From Alphaproteobacteria bacterium (lineage in GTDB: Bacteria > Pseudomonadota > Alphaproteobacteria > DATDPM01), in contig JBGQJC010000006.1 of the NCBI GenBank assembly GCA_041498815.1, positions 8,447 to 72,446 of the forward strand: DNA of 64,000 nucleotides, in the 5' to 3' direction. Under the pieces are notes generated by a model. The model ran no database searches and was not told the origin of the DNA. It saw nothing but the letters and a program-made list of their open reading frames with translations. Below are positions 32,156 to 42,356 of this stretch, piece by piece; the stretch's first letter is position 1, and every line of letters starts with the position of its first letter. A program made the translations under genes and the position numbers.

Positions 32156-33072
32156 GGCTGAAACGGCACCTGGAGCGAATAGATATCGTTGGGCGGCGCC
32201 ACCAGCCCGAAGGCGAGGTTCGCGCACACCGCGATCACGATGAGGCCCAACAAAATTCGAATCTGTTCGCCGCGCAGCTTGGTTCCGACGCGGGCGCCCA
32301 GCTGGGCGCCCGCCATGCCGCCCGCGAGCAGCACGACCGCCAGGAACAGATCGACCGTATGGGTGTGGATCGACTGGAGCACGGTCACGTTGACGGCGAC
32401 GAAGATGATTTGGAACAGCGAAGTCCCGACCACGACCGCGGTCGGCATGCCAAGCACATAGATCATGGCGGGAACCATGATGAAACCGCCCCCCACCCCC
32501 ATGATCGCGGCCAAGATGCCGACGAAAAAGCCGAGGCCCAAGGGCAGGAGCGCGCTGATATAGAGCTTGGACTTGCGGAACCGGACCTTGAGGGGAAGGC
32601 CGTGGAGCCAGATGTGCTGGTGCAGCTTGGCCTTGGCCCCGGGCTGCCGGCGCTGGCGCAGCAGCGCACGCACGCTTTCCCACAGCATCAGCCCGCCGAT
32701 CGCCCCCAAAAACAGGACATAGGAGACGAGGATGACGAGATCGATTTGCCCCATCACCCGCAAGAGGGCGAAAAGCGCCACGCCCGCGGTCGAGCCGACA
32801 AGCCCGCCCACGAGCAGGATCAGCCCCATCTTGAAATCCACGTTGCCGCGCCGCCAATGGAGGAGCGCCCCCGAAAGCGAGGCGCCGATGATCTGATTGG
32901 CCTGGGTCGCAACCGCGACCGGCGGCGGGATGCCGAGGAAGATCAGAAGCGGCGTCGCCAAGAAACCTCCGCCGACGCCGAACAAGCTGGAGAGGAACCC
33001 GACCCCGGCCCCCATCGCCAAAAGCAGGAACACATCGACCGAAACCTCGGCGATGGGGAGATAGATTTGCAT
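32152..33072 (-). CDS. TauE/SafE (TSUP) family transporter
   Basis: MQIYLPIAE start, two G(V)GGGF repeats, GTSLFQI; multiple transmembrane helices. Confidence 0.9.
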   Translation of the reverse strand: MQIYLPIAEVSVDVFLLLAMGAGVGFLSSLFGVGGGFLATPLLIFLGIPPPVAVATQANQIIGASLSGALLHWRRGNVDFKMGLILLVGGLVGSTAGVALFALLRVMGQIDLVILVSYVLFLGAIGGLMLWESVRALLRQRRQPGAKAKLHQHIWLHGLPLKVRFRKSKLYISALLPLGLGFFVGILAAIMGVGGGFIMVPAMIYVLGMPTAVVVGTSLFQIIFVAVNVTVLQSIHTHTVDLFLAVVLLAGGMAGAQLGARVGTKLRGEQIRILLGLIVIAVCANLAFGLVAPPNDIYSLQVPFQP

Positions 33073-33276
33073 CAGCGGCTTTCCCCGCCCAGGCTTGGAG
33101 GCGGACTCGATCGGGCGCGAATACTGGCCGGGTTCATGATGAGCGCGCTTCCGGAACGCGAAAACGCGCCATTGATGGCACAGAAACCGGCGCGGGAAAA
33201 GATTCGCCGCTCTTTGAACCGGCGCATTTATCCCGGACGTCGGAGCGGACCTTGCCGGCGAGAAGAGTAGCGGATG

Positions 33277-34275
33277 CTAGGGCCGCAGGAGCCCGACGGT
33301 GTCCTGGACCTCGGCGAGCGTTTTCCCGGCGATTGCCCGCGCGCGCTCGACGCCATTGCGCAGCGTTTGGTCTATGTAACCGGGATCGGCCTTGAGCCGC
33401 TTCATTTCGGCCCCGATGGGACCGAGCGTTGCGACCGCGAGTTCGGCGAGCGCCGATTTGAAGCCCGAGAACTGGGCACCGGCGAACCGGGACAGCGCCT
33501 GCGCCCGGCTTTCACCCGCAAGCGCCGCATAGATGCCGATGAGATTGGCGGCTTCGGGCCGCGTTGCCAGCCCGTCCAGCGTCTCGGGCAAGGGTTCGGG
33601 ATCGGTCTTGGCCTTGCGGATCTTGAGCGTGATGGCGGCGGCATCGTCGGTCATGTTGATGCGCGAATAGTCGGAGGGGTCCGACTTGCTCATCTTGGCG
33701 GTGCCGTCGCGAAAGCTCATGACGCGCGCCGCCTCGCCCAGGATCTGGGGTTCGGGAAGCGGAAAGACGTCGCGCCCAAAGCGGCGGTTGAAGGCGCCGG
33801 CGATGTCGCGGGCGAGCTCCAGATGCTGTTTCTGATCCTCGCCCACCGGGACATGGGTCGCCTTGTAGACCAGGATGTCGGCCGCCATCAGGACCGGATA
33901 GGCGTACAAGCCCAGCCCCGCCTGGTCGCGCTCTTTCCCCGCCTTCTCCTTGAATTGGGTCATGCGGTTGAGCCAGCCCAAAGGCGTGATGCACCCCAAA
34001 ATCCAGGCAAGCTCGCTGTGCGCCGGAACTTGGCTTTGGTTGAAGATGATGCAGCGCTTGGGATCGATCCCGGCCGCGATATAGGCGGCGGCCACCTCGC
34101 GGATGTGCTCCCTCAAGGCCTCGGGCTCTTGGGGGAGCGTGATGGCATGAAGATCGACGATGCAGAAGATGCACTCGAATTCCCGCTGCAGCGCCACCCA
34201 ATTGCGGATCGCCCCCAGGTAATTGCCGAGATGAAGATTGCCGGTGGGCTGGACGCCCGAGAAGATGCGGTCCAT
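33277..34275 (-). CDS. trpS: Tryptophan--tRNA ligase
   Basis: SGVQPTG.LHLGN, VPVGEDQ and KMSKS motifs. Confidence 0.98.
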   Translation of the reverse strand: MDRIFSGVQPTGNLHLGNYLGAIRNWVALQREFECIFCIVDLHAITLPQEPEALREHIREVAAAYIAAGIDPKRCIIFNQSQVPAHSELAWILGCITPLGWLNRMTQFKEKAGKERDQAGLGLYAYPVLMAADILVYKATHVPVGEDQKQHLELARDIAGAFNRRFGRDVFPLPEPQILGEAARVMSFRDGTAKMSKSDPSDYSRINMTDDAAAITLKIRKAKTDPEPLPETLDGLATRPEAANLIGIYAALAGESRAQALSRFAGAQFSGFKSALAELAVATLGPIGAEMKRLKADPGYIDQTLRNGVERARAIAGKTLAEVQDTVGLLRP

Positions 34276-34359
34276 CGCTGAGCTTCGGCGGGTCGCGGAC
34301 GGGAAGGCTGTTATCGTCGCCTAGGTCGCGGCGGTCAAGCGCCAGAGCCGGAAGCTCGC

Positions 34360-34460
34360 TCAAACATCGGAGGCCGCGAAAGCCCGGCGCAGCTCGGCCA
34401 TCTTGGCCGCCCCCAGGGCCTCGGCGCCCCCGGAAAAGCCGGGGCGCCGGTCAGCGCGCC
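34360..34460 (-). pseudogene. Possible decayed C-terminal remnant of murJ (mviN)
   Basis: Reads ALTGAPAF, then after a frameshift GGAEALGAAKMAELRRAFAASDV-stop, at the site where murJ usually lies between glnD and trpS. Resemblance judged by eye only. Confidence 0.35.
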
Positions 34461-37315
34461 GCCACTCGCGCCCGGCCACGCTGGCGGGGACGCGCCACGG
34501 CGCGCGCCCGGGAGCGGCGTTTCGAGCGTGGCTCCGACTTGATCGGCGAGGGCGCCGGTTCTTCGGCACCGGCCTCGGCCAAAACCGCCAAAAGACCGGC
34601 TTTGATCTTTTCCAGCTTTGCCTTGTTCTCGATCTTCGACCCGAAGATGTCCTTCACATAGAAAACGTCCACCACCCGCTCGCCGTAGGTCGAGATCTTG
34701 GCGCTCGCGATTTGGAGGCCGAGCGCGGTCAGCGTGCGCGTGAGATCGAAGAGGAGGCCGGGCCGGTCGCGGCCGTTCACCTCGATCACGGTATGGGCGG
34801 AGCTTGCCGCGTCGTCGATCAACACCCGGGGCACCACCTTGAACACGCGGGTGCGGCTGGGCCATACCGCCGGCCTCATCGACAATTCCTGGGTCAGGCG
34901 TTTCTTGCCTCCGAGCGCGGTCAAGATGGAGGTTTCCAGGTCCGCGAGCCGATCGCGGCCTTCATAAGGTCCGCCACCCGATTGCGCCCCCCAGGCCAGG
35001 GTGTCCTGGACCCAGAAAGTGTCGAGCGCCATGCCGTTGGTCATGGTGAAGATCTTCGCATCCACGATGTTGCCACCCGAGACCGCAATGGCGCCGGCCA
35101 TGGTGGAAAAGAGCCCGGCGTGATCGCCGGTATAGATGGTGAGCTCGGTCGCGCCGCGGGCGCGATCGACCCGGGTTTCGATGGCGACGGGTTTTTTATC
35201 ACGCTCGGCCGCGCGCACGAGACGGGCATGGCGGCTTTGAGTCGCCGGATCGAGCCCGAGCCAATAATCGGCATAGCCGAGCGCCGCAAACCATGAGAAA
35301 TCGAGATCGGTCCAATCGGAAAGCTCCTTGCGCAACGCGGCTTTCGCGGCTTCGACGCGGGCCTGTTTGCGCTCGGCCAGAATGCCGCCGGTCATGAAAT
35401 CTTCGCTGCTGAAATAAAGCTCGCGCAGCAACGCGGCCTTCCAACTGTTCCACACCGTCGGCCCCGTCGCCTTCATGTCGGCGACGGTGAGAATCAGCAG
35501 AAGCCGGAGCCGTTCCGCCGATTGCACGATTTCGACGAAATCGCTGACCGTCTTGGGATCGGCGAGGTCGCGGCGCTGGGCGGTGTAGCTCATGATCAGA
35601 TGTTGGCGCACGAGCCAAGCGACCGTTTCGGTTTCCTCTTCGCTAAGCCCCAAGCGCGGGCAAAGCTTTTGCGCGACCTCGGCGCCGAGTGTGGAGTGGT
35701 CGCCGCCCCGCCCCTTGGCGATGTCGTGGAGCATGACGGCGAGATAGAGCACGCGGCGCGACTGGATCATGTGGATGACCTGGGTCGAAATCGGATGCTC
35801 GTCGGCAAGTGTGCCGGCATCGATGCGATGTAGAATCCCGATGGCCCGGATCGAGTGCTCGTCCACCGTATAGACGTGATACATGTCGTATTGCATCTGG
35901 GCCACGACCCGGCCGAAATCCGGGATGAACCGCCCCAGGACGCCCGCCTCGTTCAAACGCTTCAAGGCTTCTTCCGGGTCCTTGTCGGCGGCGGTCAGCA
36001 TTTCCAGGAACAGGCGGTTCGCTTCCGGGTCTTCGCGTAGCTTCTTGTCCACGTGCTTCAAGTTGCGCGTGACGAGGCGCAGCGCCTGCGGATGAACGTC
36101 GAGACCGAAGGCCTGGGCGAGACGGAACAGGCGCAGGAGATTGACCGGCGCTTTTTCGAAAATATCGGGCCGCGTCACCGTCAAGCGCCCGCGTTCCACA
36201 TCGAAGCCGGCGGGCAAGTGCTTGCGCAACTTCAGGCGCTTCAGCGAGAAGCGCCGCGGCTTGTCGCCTTCGGAATCGATCGCGGCGCAGAAGATGCGGG
36301 TCAGATCGCCGACTTCCTTGGCAACCAGAAAATAATGCTTCATGAACCGCTCGACGCCGAGCGAGCCGGCGTGGTCGGTGTAGCCCATGCGCCGTCCGAT
36401 TTCCGGCTGGAGATCGAAGGTGAGACGCTCTTCGGGGCGCCCCGTGAGGTAATGGAGGTGGCAGCGCAGCGTCCACAGGAAATTCTGGGCGCGGGCGAAA
36501 TCGTCCGCTTCCTTGCGCGTCAAGACGCCGCGCGCGACCAGTTCGTCCACCGCGTCGACGCGGTAGAAGGACTTGGCGATCCAGAATAGGGCGTGGAGAT
36601 CGCGTAGCCCGCCCTTGCCCTCCTTTACATTGGGCTCGAGCACGTAACGAGAGTCTCCCATGCGCACATGGCGCAGGTTGCGCTCGGCGAGTTTTTCGTC
36701 GACGAACTCGGCGCCACGCTCCGCCACCAGTTGCTGGAATTTTTCCCTAAGCCCGGTATAGAGCGCCTCGTCGCCGGAGATGTAGCGCGATTCGAGAAGC
36801 GAGGTCAGGATGGTCTGGTCGGCCTTGGCGTGGCGAAGCGATTCGGGCATCGAGCGGGTGGCGTGGCCGATCTTGAGCCCCAGGTCCCACAATATATAAA
36901 GAATGAATTCGACGAGCCGCTCGGTCCGAAGCGTGCGCTTCGGCGGGACCAGAAAAAGAAGATCGATGTCGGAAAAAGGCGCCAATTCGCCGCGCCCGTA
37001 GCCGCCGACCGCTATCAGCGACATGCGATCGGCCTCGGTCAGTTCCGGCGCGGGAAATACCCTGGTTTCCGCGAACTCCTGAATCGTGCGGATGATCTGA
37101 TCGATGAGATAGGCGTTGCCGTGCACCACCTCGGTGCCGCTCGCCCCGCGCTCGAACCGGCGCCGGATTTCGCCGCACCCCGTGGCGAGCGCTTCTTTCA
37201 AGACCTCGATCAGGCCGCGGCGCAGGGATTCGGCCGGCCCGACGCCCGCCGCGACTTCGCCGATCTTAATTGCGAGCTTGCGGCGGTCGATGATCTTGCG
37301 CGGGTTTGGAACCAT
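34451..37315 (-). CDS. glnD: [Protein-PII] uridylyltransferase / uridylyl-removing enzyme
   Basis: AVGGYGRGELAPFSDID, KEGKGGLRD, YTVDEH and HDIAKG motifs; two ACT domains. Confidence 0.97.
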   Translation of the reverse strand: MVPNPRKIIDRRKLAIKIGEVAAGVGPAESLRRGLIEVLKEALATGCGEIRRRFERGASGTEVVHGNAYLIDQIIRTIQEFAETRVFPAPELTEADRMSLIAVGGYGRGELAPFSDIDLLFLVPPKRTLRTERLVEFILYILWDLGLKIGHATRSMPESLRHAKADQTILTSLLESRYISGDEALYTGLREKFQQLVAERGAEFVDEKLAERNLRHVRMGDSRYVLEPNVKEGKGGLRDLHALFWIAKSFYRVDAVDELVARGVLTRKEADDFARAQNFLWTLRCHLHYLTGRPEERLTFDLQPEIGRRMGYTDHAGSLGVERFMKHYFLVAKEVGDLTRIFCAAIDSEGDKPRRFSLKRLKLRKHLPAGFDVERGRLTVTRPDIFEKAPVNLLRLFRLAQAFGLDVHPQALRLVTRNLKHVDKKLREDPEANRLFLEMLTAADKDPEEALKRLNEAGVLGRFIPDFGRVVAQMQYDMYHVYTVDEHSIRAIGILHRIDAGTLADEHPISTQVIHMIQSRRVLYLAVMLHDIAKGRGGDHSTLGAEVAQKLCPRLGLSEEETETVAWLVRQHLIMSYTAQRRDLADPKTVSDFVEIVQSAERLRLLLILTVADMKATGPTVWNSWKAALLRELYFSSEDFMTGGILAERKQARVEAAKAALRKELSDWTDLDFSWFAALGYADYWLGLDPATQSRHARLVRAAERDKKPVAIETRVDRARGATELTIYTGDHAGLFSTMAGAIAVSGGNIVDAKIFTMTNGMALDTFWVQDTLAWGAQSGGGPYEGRDRLADLETSILTALGGKKRLTQELSMRPAVWPSRTRVFKVVPRVLIDDAASSAHTVIEVNGRDRPGLLFDLTRTLTALGLQIASAKISTYGERVVDVFYVKDIFGSKIENKAKLEKIKAGLLAVLAEAGAEEPAPSPIKSEPRSKRRSRARAVARPRQRGRARVAAR

Positions 37316-37374
37316 GGCCTACCAGATGCCCCCAGGCGCCGGGGATTGCAAGCGCGGGGCCGAAAACCTAGGCT

Positions 37375-37896
37375 TTGAAGGTGCCAAGGGAGCGGAAATT
37401 GCGCTTACTCGCCATCATCGACGTGCAGACGGGCTTCATCAACGAGTGGACCCGGCACATTCCAGATACCGTCGAAAGGTTGCAGAATCCTTTCGACCGC
37501 GTCTTTGTCACCCGGTTCGAAAATCCGCAAGGATCGCCGTTTCGCGAACTTAAAGGTCTGGCGCGATTTTCCCCCGGCGCGCCGGACGCAAAGCTTGCGT
37601 TTGTCCCGCGCCCCGACGCCGTAAAGATCGTCAAAAACACCTATTCCGCGTACCTCCCCGAATTGCGCGAGGCGACAAGAGAGGCGGGCGGGGCGATCCA
37701 TCTTTGCGGGATCGCGACCGACAACTGCGTGCTGGCGACCGCGATCGATTTTTTCGAGGCGGGGTTGCGCCCGATCGTGATTTCGGACGCCTGCGCCAGC
37801 CACGCCGGGCGGCAATACCACGAAGCGGGACTCATGATACTGAACCGCCTCATCGGCGGCGACCAGATCGTCACCCGCGCCGCACTCGGGTTGTGA
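37375..37896 (+). CDS. Isochorismatase-like cysteine hydrolase
   Basis: IIDVQTGF, KNTYS and GIATDNCVLATA (D-K-C triad), DACAS. TTG or GTG start. Confidence 0.85.
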   Translation: MKVPRERKLRLLAIIDVQTGFINEWTRHIPDTVERLQNPFDRVFVTRFENPQGSPFRELKGLARFSPGAPDAKLAFVPRPDAVKIVKNTYSAYLPELREATREAGGAIHLCGIATDNCVLATAIDFFEAGLRPIVISDACASHAGRQYHEAGLMILNRLIGGDQIVTRAALGL

Positions 37897-37904
37897 AGCG
37901 CGGG

Positions 37905-40604
37905 TCAGGTTTTGGCCGCCTGTTTGAGTTTGTAGAGAAGATCGAGGGCTTCTTTCGGCGTCAGCGCATCGGGATCGGTGGCGGCCAATAAGCCGAGGGC
38001 GGGATTTGCGGGCGGTTCCGCCGGTCCGGCTGGGGCGAGCGTCGAGAACAGCGGAAGGTCATTGGCGAGCCGCGACAAGGTTTCGGCCTTGCGGTCGCGC
38101 TCGAGCGAATCGAGCACCTGGGTGGCGCGCGCAATCACGGGCGCGGGCAACCCCGCGAGCTCGGCCACATGGATGCCGTAAGAGCGGTCGGCGGAGCCTT
38201 TCGCCACCTCGTGCAGGAACACGACCTGGCCTTTCCATTCCTTGATCCGCATGGTGTAAAGGCCCAAGGCCGGAAGCTTGGCGGCAAGCGCAGTAAGCTC
38301 ATGATAGTGGGTGGCGAACAGGGCGCGGCAGCGGTTGATGTCGTGCAAGTGTTCGACCACCGCCCAGGCGATCGAGAGCCCATCGAAGGTGGCGGTGCCG
38401 CGGCCGATTTCATCCAGGATCACGAGCGCCCTTGGCCCCGCCTGATTGAGAATCGCGGCGGTCTCGAGCATCTCGACCATGAAGGTGGAGCGCCCGCGCG
38501 CCAGATCGTCGGCGGCGCCCACCCGGCTGAAGAGGCGGTCGACGGCGCCGATCCGGGCGCTCTTGGCCGGGACGAACGAGCCCATTTGGGCCATGACCGC
38601 GATCAGCGCGTTTTGGCGCAAGAAGGTGCTTTTGCCCGCCATGTTGGGGCCGGTCAAAAGCCAAAGGCGCGGGCCGGCGGCGCCGTCATCGGCGCTGAGC
38701 GCGCAATCGTTGCCGACGAATGGCGGCTCGTTTGCTCCGGCGAGGGCGGCTTCGACCACCGGATGGCGCCCGCCTTCGATCCGGAAATCGGCGCCGCCGT
38801 CAATCTCGGGGCGCACGTAACGGCTTTCCGCCGCGAGCTCGGCCAAGGCGCTTGCGACATCGAGCTCGGCCAAGGCACGGGCCGCCTTCGTAACCGCCTC
38901 GCCGTGGGCGAGCACCGCCGCGGTGAATTCGGCGAATAATTCAAGCTCGAGGCCGAGCGCGGTTTCGGCCGCGCGCGCGATGCGCGATTCGAGATCGCCC
39001 AATTCGGTCGAGGTGTAGCGTACGGCGGACGACATCGTTTGCCGGTGGATGAAGGGCGATTCCGGCATCTTCGCCGCCTGGCCCGCCGGAACCTCGATGT
39101 AGAATCCGAGCACGTTGTTGTGGCGGATCTTGAGCGAGGCGATGCCGGTTACGCTTTGATACCGGCTTTGGAGCCCGGCGATGAGGCGGCGGCTTTCGTC
39201 GCGAAGCTGACGCTGTTCATCGAGTGCGGGCGAAAATCCGGGTGCTACGAAGCCGCCGTCCCGCGTCGATGCCGGCAGATCCGGCGCCAACCCTGCGCCC
39301 AGGCGCTCCACCAGCTGGTCATGGCGGCCGAGATTCGCATGGGCCTCGGTCAAATCTTGCGGCAGACCGAGCTTCGCCGCCGCCAGCACCCCGCGCAGCT
39401 CATGGGCAAGCGTGAGCCCATCGCGGATGTTGGCGAGGTCGCGCGGGCCGCCGCGGGCCAGCGAGAGGCGCGACAGCGCCCGCTCGAGATCGGGCGAGCC
39501 CGAAAGCGCCCCCCGTAGACGGACCCGAAGATCGCCTTCGGTGAGGCAAAAATCGACCGCATCCAGGCGCCGGTTGATGGCGGAGACATCGGTCAGCGGC
39601 ATAGCGAGGCGCGCCGCCAAAAGTCTGGCGCCCGCCGCGGTCACGGTCTTGTCGATCACGGAAATCAGGCTGCCGTCGCGCTCGCCCGATAAGGTGCGGA
39701 ACAGTTCGAGATTGCGGGCGGTCGCGGGATCGATTTCCATCGCCGCGCCCGGGGCGAGCCGCAGCAGGCGCGCCAGAACCGGGAGCCGGCCTTTCTGGGT
39801 GAGCTCGACGTAATCGAGGAGCGCGCCGGCGGCCGCGATTTCGGCGCGCGAGAAGTCGCCGAACCCGTCCAAGGCCCGCACTTTATAATATGCGGCGAGG
39901 CGGCGGCGCGCGTTCTCGGAATCGAACCGGCTGTCGGGCAGAGGGACGATGGCGGGCGGACGCTCGGCAAAGAGATTCTTCGGATCGAGGCGCGCCGTGA
40001 GGCGCTCGGGGATCAGAATCTCGCCGGGCTCGATCCGGGCGAGCGCGGGGGCGAGCGATTCGAACGCCAGGGCTTGCGTGCGGAATACCCCGGTCGAGAT
40101 GTCGAGCCAGGCCATGCCCAAGGCACCACCGGCCTCGGCGAGCGCCGCCAGGAAATTGTTGCGCCGGGCATCCAGGAGCGAGTCTTCGGTGAGCGTGCCT
40201 TTAGTGACCACGCGGATGACATCGCGCCGCACGACCGACTTCGGTCCGCGCCGGCGTGCCTCGGCCGGGTCTTCCATCTGTTCGGCCACCGCCACGCGAA
40301 AACCGCATTTGATGAGGCGGGCGAGATAGGTGTCGGCGGTGGCGACCGGCACGCCGCACATCGGGATATCTTGGCCTTCGTGCCGGCCCCGCTTGGTGAG
40401 CGCGATATCGAGCGCGCGCGAGGCCTTTACCGCATCCTCGAAGAACAGCTCGTAGAAATCGCCCATGCGATAGAACAACAGGCAATCGGGATGGGCGCGC
40501 CTGATTTCGAGGTATTGCGTCATCATCGGGGTGGCCTGATCCCCGCGGTCGCCTTCTGGAGGCACGGCCGGCGCAGCTGGCGGGAAGGTCATTTCGATCG
40601 GCAT
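37905..40604 (-). CDS. mutS: DNA mismatch repair protein MutS
   Basis: [36 protein letters not shown] and SYGIHVA motifs. Confidence 0.98.
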   Translation of the reverse strand: MPIEMTFPPAAPAVPPEGDRGDQATPMMTQYLEIRRAHPDCLLFYRMGDFYELFFEDAVKASRALDIALTKRGRHEGQDIPMCGVPVATADTYLARLIKCGFRVAVAEQMEDPAEARRRGPKSVVRRDVIRVVTKGTLTEDSLLDARRNNFLAALAEAGGALGMAWLDISTGVFRTQALAFESLAPALARIEPGEILIPERLTARLDPKNLFAERPPAIVPLPDSRFDSENARRRLAAYYKVRALDGFGDFSRAEIAAAGALLDYVELTQKGRLPVLARLLRLAPGAAMEIDPATARNLELFRTLSGERDGSLISVIDKTVTAAGARLLAARLAMPLTDVSAINRRLDAVDFCLTEGDLRVRLRGALSGSPDLERALSRLSLARGGPRDLANIRDGLTLAHELRGVLAAAKLGLPQDLTEAHANLGRHDQLVERLGAGLAPDLPASTRDGGFVAPGFSPALDEQRQLRDESRRLIAGLQSRYQSVTGIASLKIRHNNVLGFYIEVPAGQAAKMPESPFIHRQTMSSAVRYTSTELGDLESRIARAAETALGLELELFAEFTAAVLAHGEAVTKAARALAELDVASALAELAAESRYVRPEIDGGADFRIEGGRHPVVEAALAGANEPPFVGNDCALSADDGAAGPRLWLLTGPNMAGKSTFLRQNALIAVMAQMGSFVPAKSARIGAVDRLFSRVGAADDLARGRSTFMVEMLETAAILNQAGPRALVILDEIGRGTATFDGLSIAWAVVEHLHDINRCRALFATHYHELTALAAKLPALGLYTMRIKEWKGQVVFLHEVAKGSADRSYGIHVAELAGLPAPVIARATQVLDSLERDRKAETLSRLANDLPLFSTLAPAGPAEPPANPALGLLAATDPDALTPKEALDLLYKLKQAAKT

Positions 40605-40776
40605 CGCTTCAGGCCCCGCGCCGCCCGCGGGATTTTGGCCGGCGGGCCCCTGTCCGGGCACCCAAAAGCTAACATGGCGGCGGGCCGCCCCGCCATCGGC
40701 TGCGGCGCAAAATCCTTGACGCTTGCGCGCGATGCCGCATGTTATGAGAGGTCCACGGGGCCGCGAAGGCTTATCC

Positions 40777-42210
40777 ATGTCACGCCCGCCGGTACCGTTT
40801 CATGTGCTGATTCCCGCCGCCGCCGCTTTGTGGGCGCCGGTCGCCCTTGTGCTCGGCATTCTGGTCGCGGCCGATAAGCTTTCGGGCCCTGCCGCGGCGA
40901 TTGCGGCCGCGGTCCTGGCCGTGGCGATCGCGCTGATCCTGCGCCCTTATCTCGCCGACATCCTGGCGCTTCGCACCTTCACCGAGGAAATCGGACGGCG
41001 CGACGAGGTGGCGACTCCGCGTTTCGTCTTCCGCTCGTACCCGGCGGAGCTCGCGGCCATGATCGCGCGGTTGCACCGCCACTGGATCGCCAGCCGCGAG
41101 AAGCTGAAATCGGCCGCGGCGGCGAGCACGACGGTGCTCGATCAGTTGCCCGATCCCCTGCTGCTTCTCGATCCCAACCGCAAGGTCGTGCGCGGGAATC
41201 TCGCGGCCCGCGAGCTTTTGGGCCCCAACATCGAGGGCCGCGATCTCGCGGCGGTGCTGCGCAACCCCGATGTGCTGGCGGCGGCGGATCGGGTTATGGC
41301 GGGGCGCGACGAGGCGGCGGTCGAGTTCGCCCTTCCGGTTCCGATCGAGCGCAACTTCCTGGCCGGCATCATCAGGCTGCCCGACGCTACCGCGGACGGT
41401 ACGATTGCGATCCTTCGCCTTCACGATTTGACCGAGATCAAGCGCACCGAGCAGATGCGCGCCGATTTCGTGGCCAACGTGAGCCACGAACTCAAGACGC
41501 CGCTGACGACGCTTTTGGGCTATATCGAAACGCTGCGCGGCCCGGCCAAAGACGACCCCGAGGCGGGCGAAAAGTTCCTCGCCATCATGGCCCAGCAGGC
41601 CGCACGCATGAACAGCCTGGTCGAAGACCTGTTGTCCCTGTCGCGCATCGAGCTGCGCGAGCACAAGGCGCCGACCGACCGCGTCGATCTCGCCCAAGTC
41701 TTGCGCTCGGTCGCCGATTTGTTCCAGGTGCGGGCCGCCGGCAAGGAACAGACGATCGAGCTTTCGCTTCCGCCGCAGCCGCCGCCAACCCTCGGCGATG
41801 CGGTCGAGTTGTCCCAGGTGTTCGAGAACCTGATCGCAAATGCGGTGCGCTACGGCGCGCCGCGTTCCGCCATAAAAGTCACGCTTCACACTCTCCCCGC
41901 ATCCGGCAGCTCCGGCAACGGCGTGTCGGTCGGGCGCATCGCAGTTTCCGTCGCGGACGAAGGGCAAGGCATCGCGCGCGAGCATGTGCCGCGCCTGACC
42001 GAGCGCTTTTACCGGGTGGATGCCGCGCGCTCGCGCGAGCTGGGGGGAACGGGCCTTGGCCTTGCGATCGTCAAGCACATCGTCAACCGCCACCGGGGCG
42101 AACTCAAGATCGAAAGCGAAATCGGGAAGGGCAGCACCTTCACCGTGATTCTCCCGGCCGCGGAATCCAAAGCCGCGGAATCCCCGCAACCCGCCCTCCG
42201 TGTGACCTGA
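40777..42210 (+). CDS. phoR: Phosphate regulon sensor histidine kinase
   Basis: Two transmembrane helices, PAS domain, [22 protein letters not shown] and GTGLGL motifs; pst context. Confidence 0.93.
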   Translation: MSRPPVPFHVLIPAAAALWAPVALVLGILVAADKLSGPAAAIAAAVLAVAIALILRPYLADILALRTFTEEIGRRDEVATPRFVFRSYPAELAAMIARLHRHWIASREKLKSAAAASTTVLDQLPDPLLLLDPNRKVVRGNLAARELLGPNIEGRDLAAVLRNPDVLAAADRVMAGRDEAAVEFALPVPIERNFLAGIIRLPDATADGTIAILRLHDLTEIKRTEQMRADFVANVSHELKTPLTTLLGYIETLRGPAKDDPEAGEKFLAIMAQQAARMNSLVEDLLSLSRIELREHKAPTDRVDLAQVLRSVADLFQVRAAGKEQTIELSLPPQPPPTLGDAVELSQVFENLIANAVRYGAPRSAIKVTLHTLPASGSSGNGVSVGRIAVSVADEGQGIAREHVPRLTERFYRVDAARSRELGGTGLGLAIVKHIVNRHRGELKIESEIGKGSTFTVILPAAESKAAESPQPALRVT

Positions 42211-42239
42211 CGCACACAGCTCCGGGGCGCTCTGTGTCC

Positions 42240-42257
42240 CCGTCATAAAACTTTCAC
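42240..42257 (+). promoter_or_regulatory. Pho box upstream of the porin
   Basis: CCGTCAT-AAAA-CTTTCAC versus the consensus CTGTCAT-A(A/T)A(A/T)-CTGTCA(C/T). Confidence 0.75.
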
Positions 42258-42356
42258 CGATTCGACGCGAGACCGTCGCGGAAGCTTCCTAGCTTCGCCG
42301 ACGAGGGCGGTGCGATTCGCGTGCCGCTTCAAAACGCGAGCTAAGGGGGAAACATC

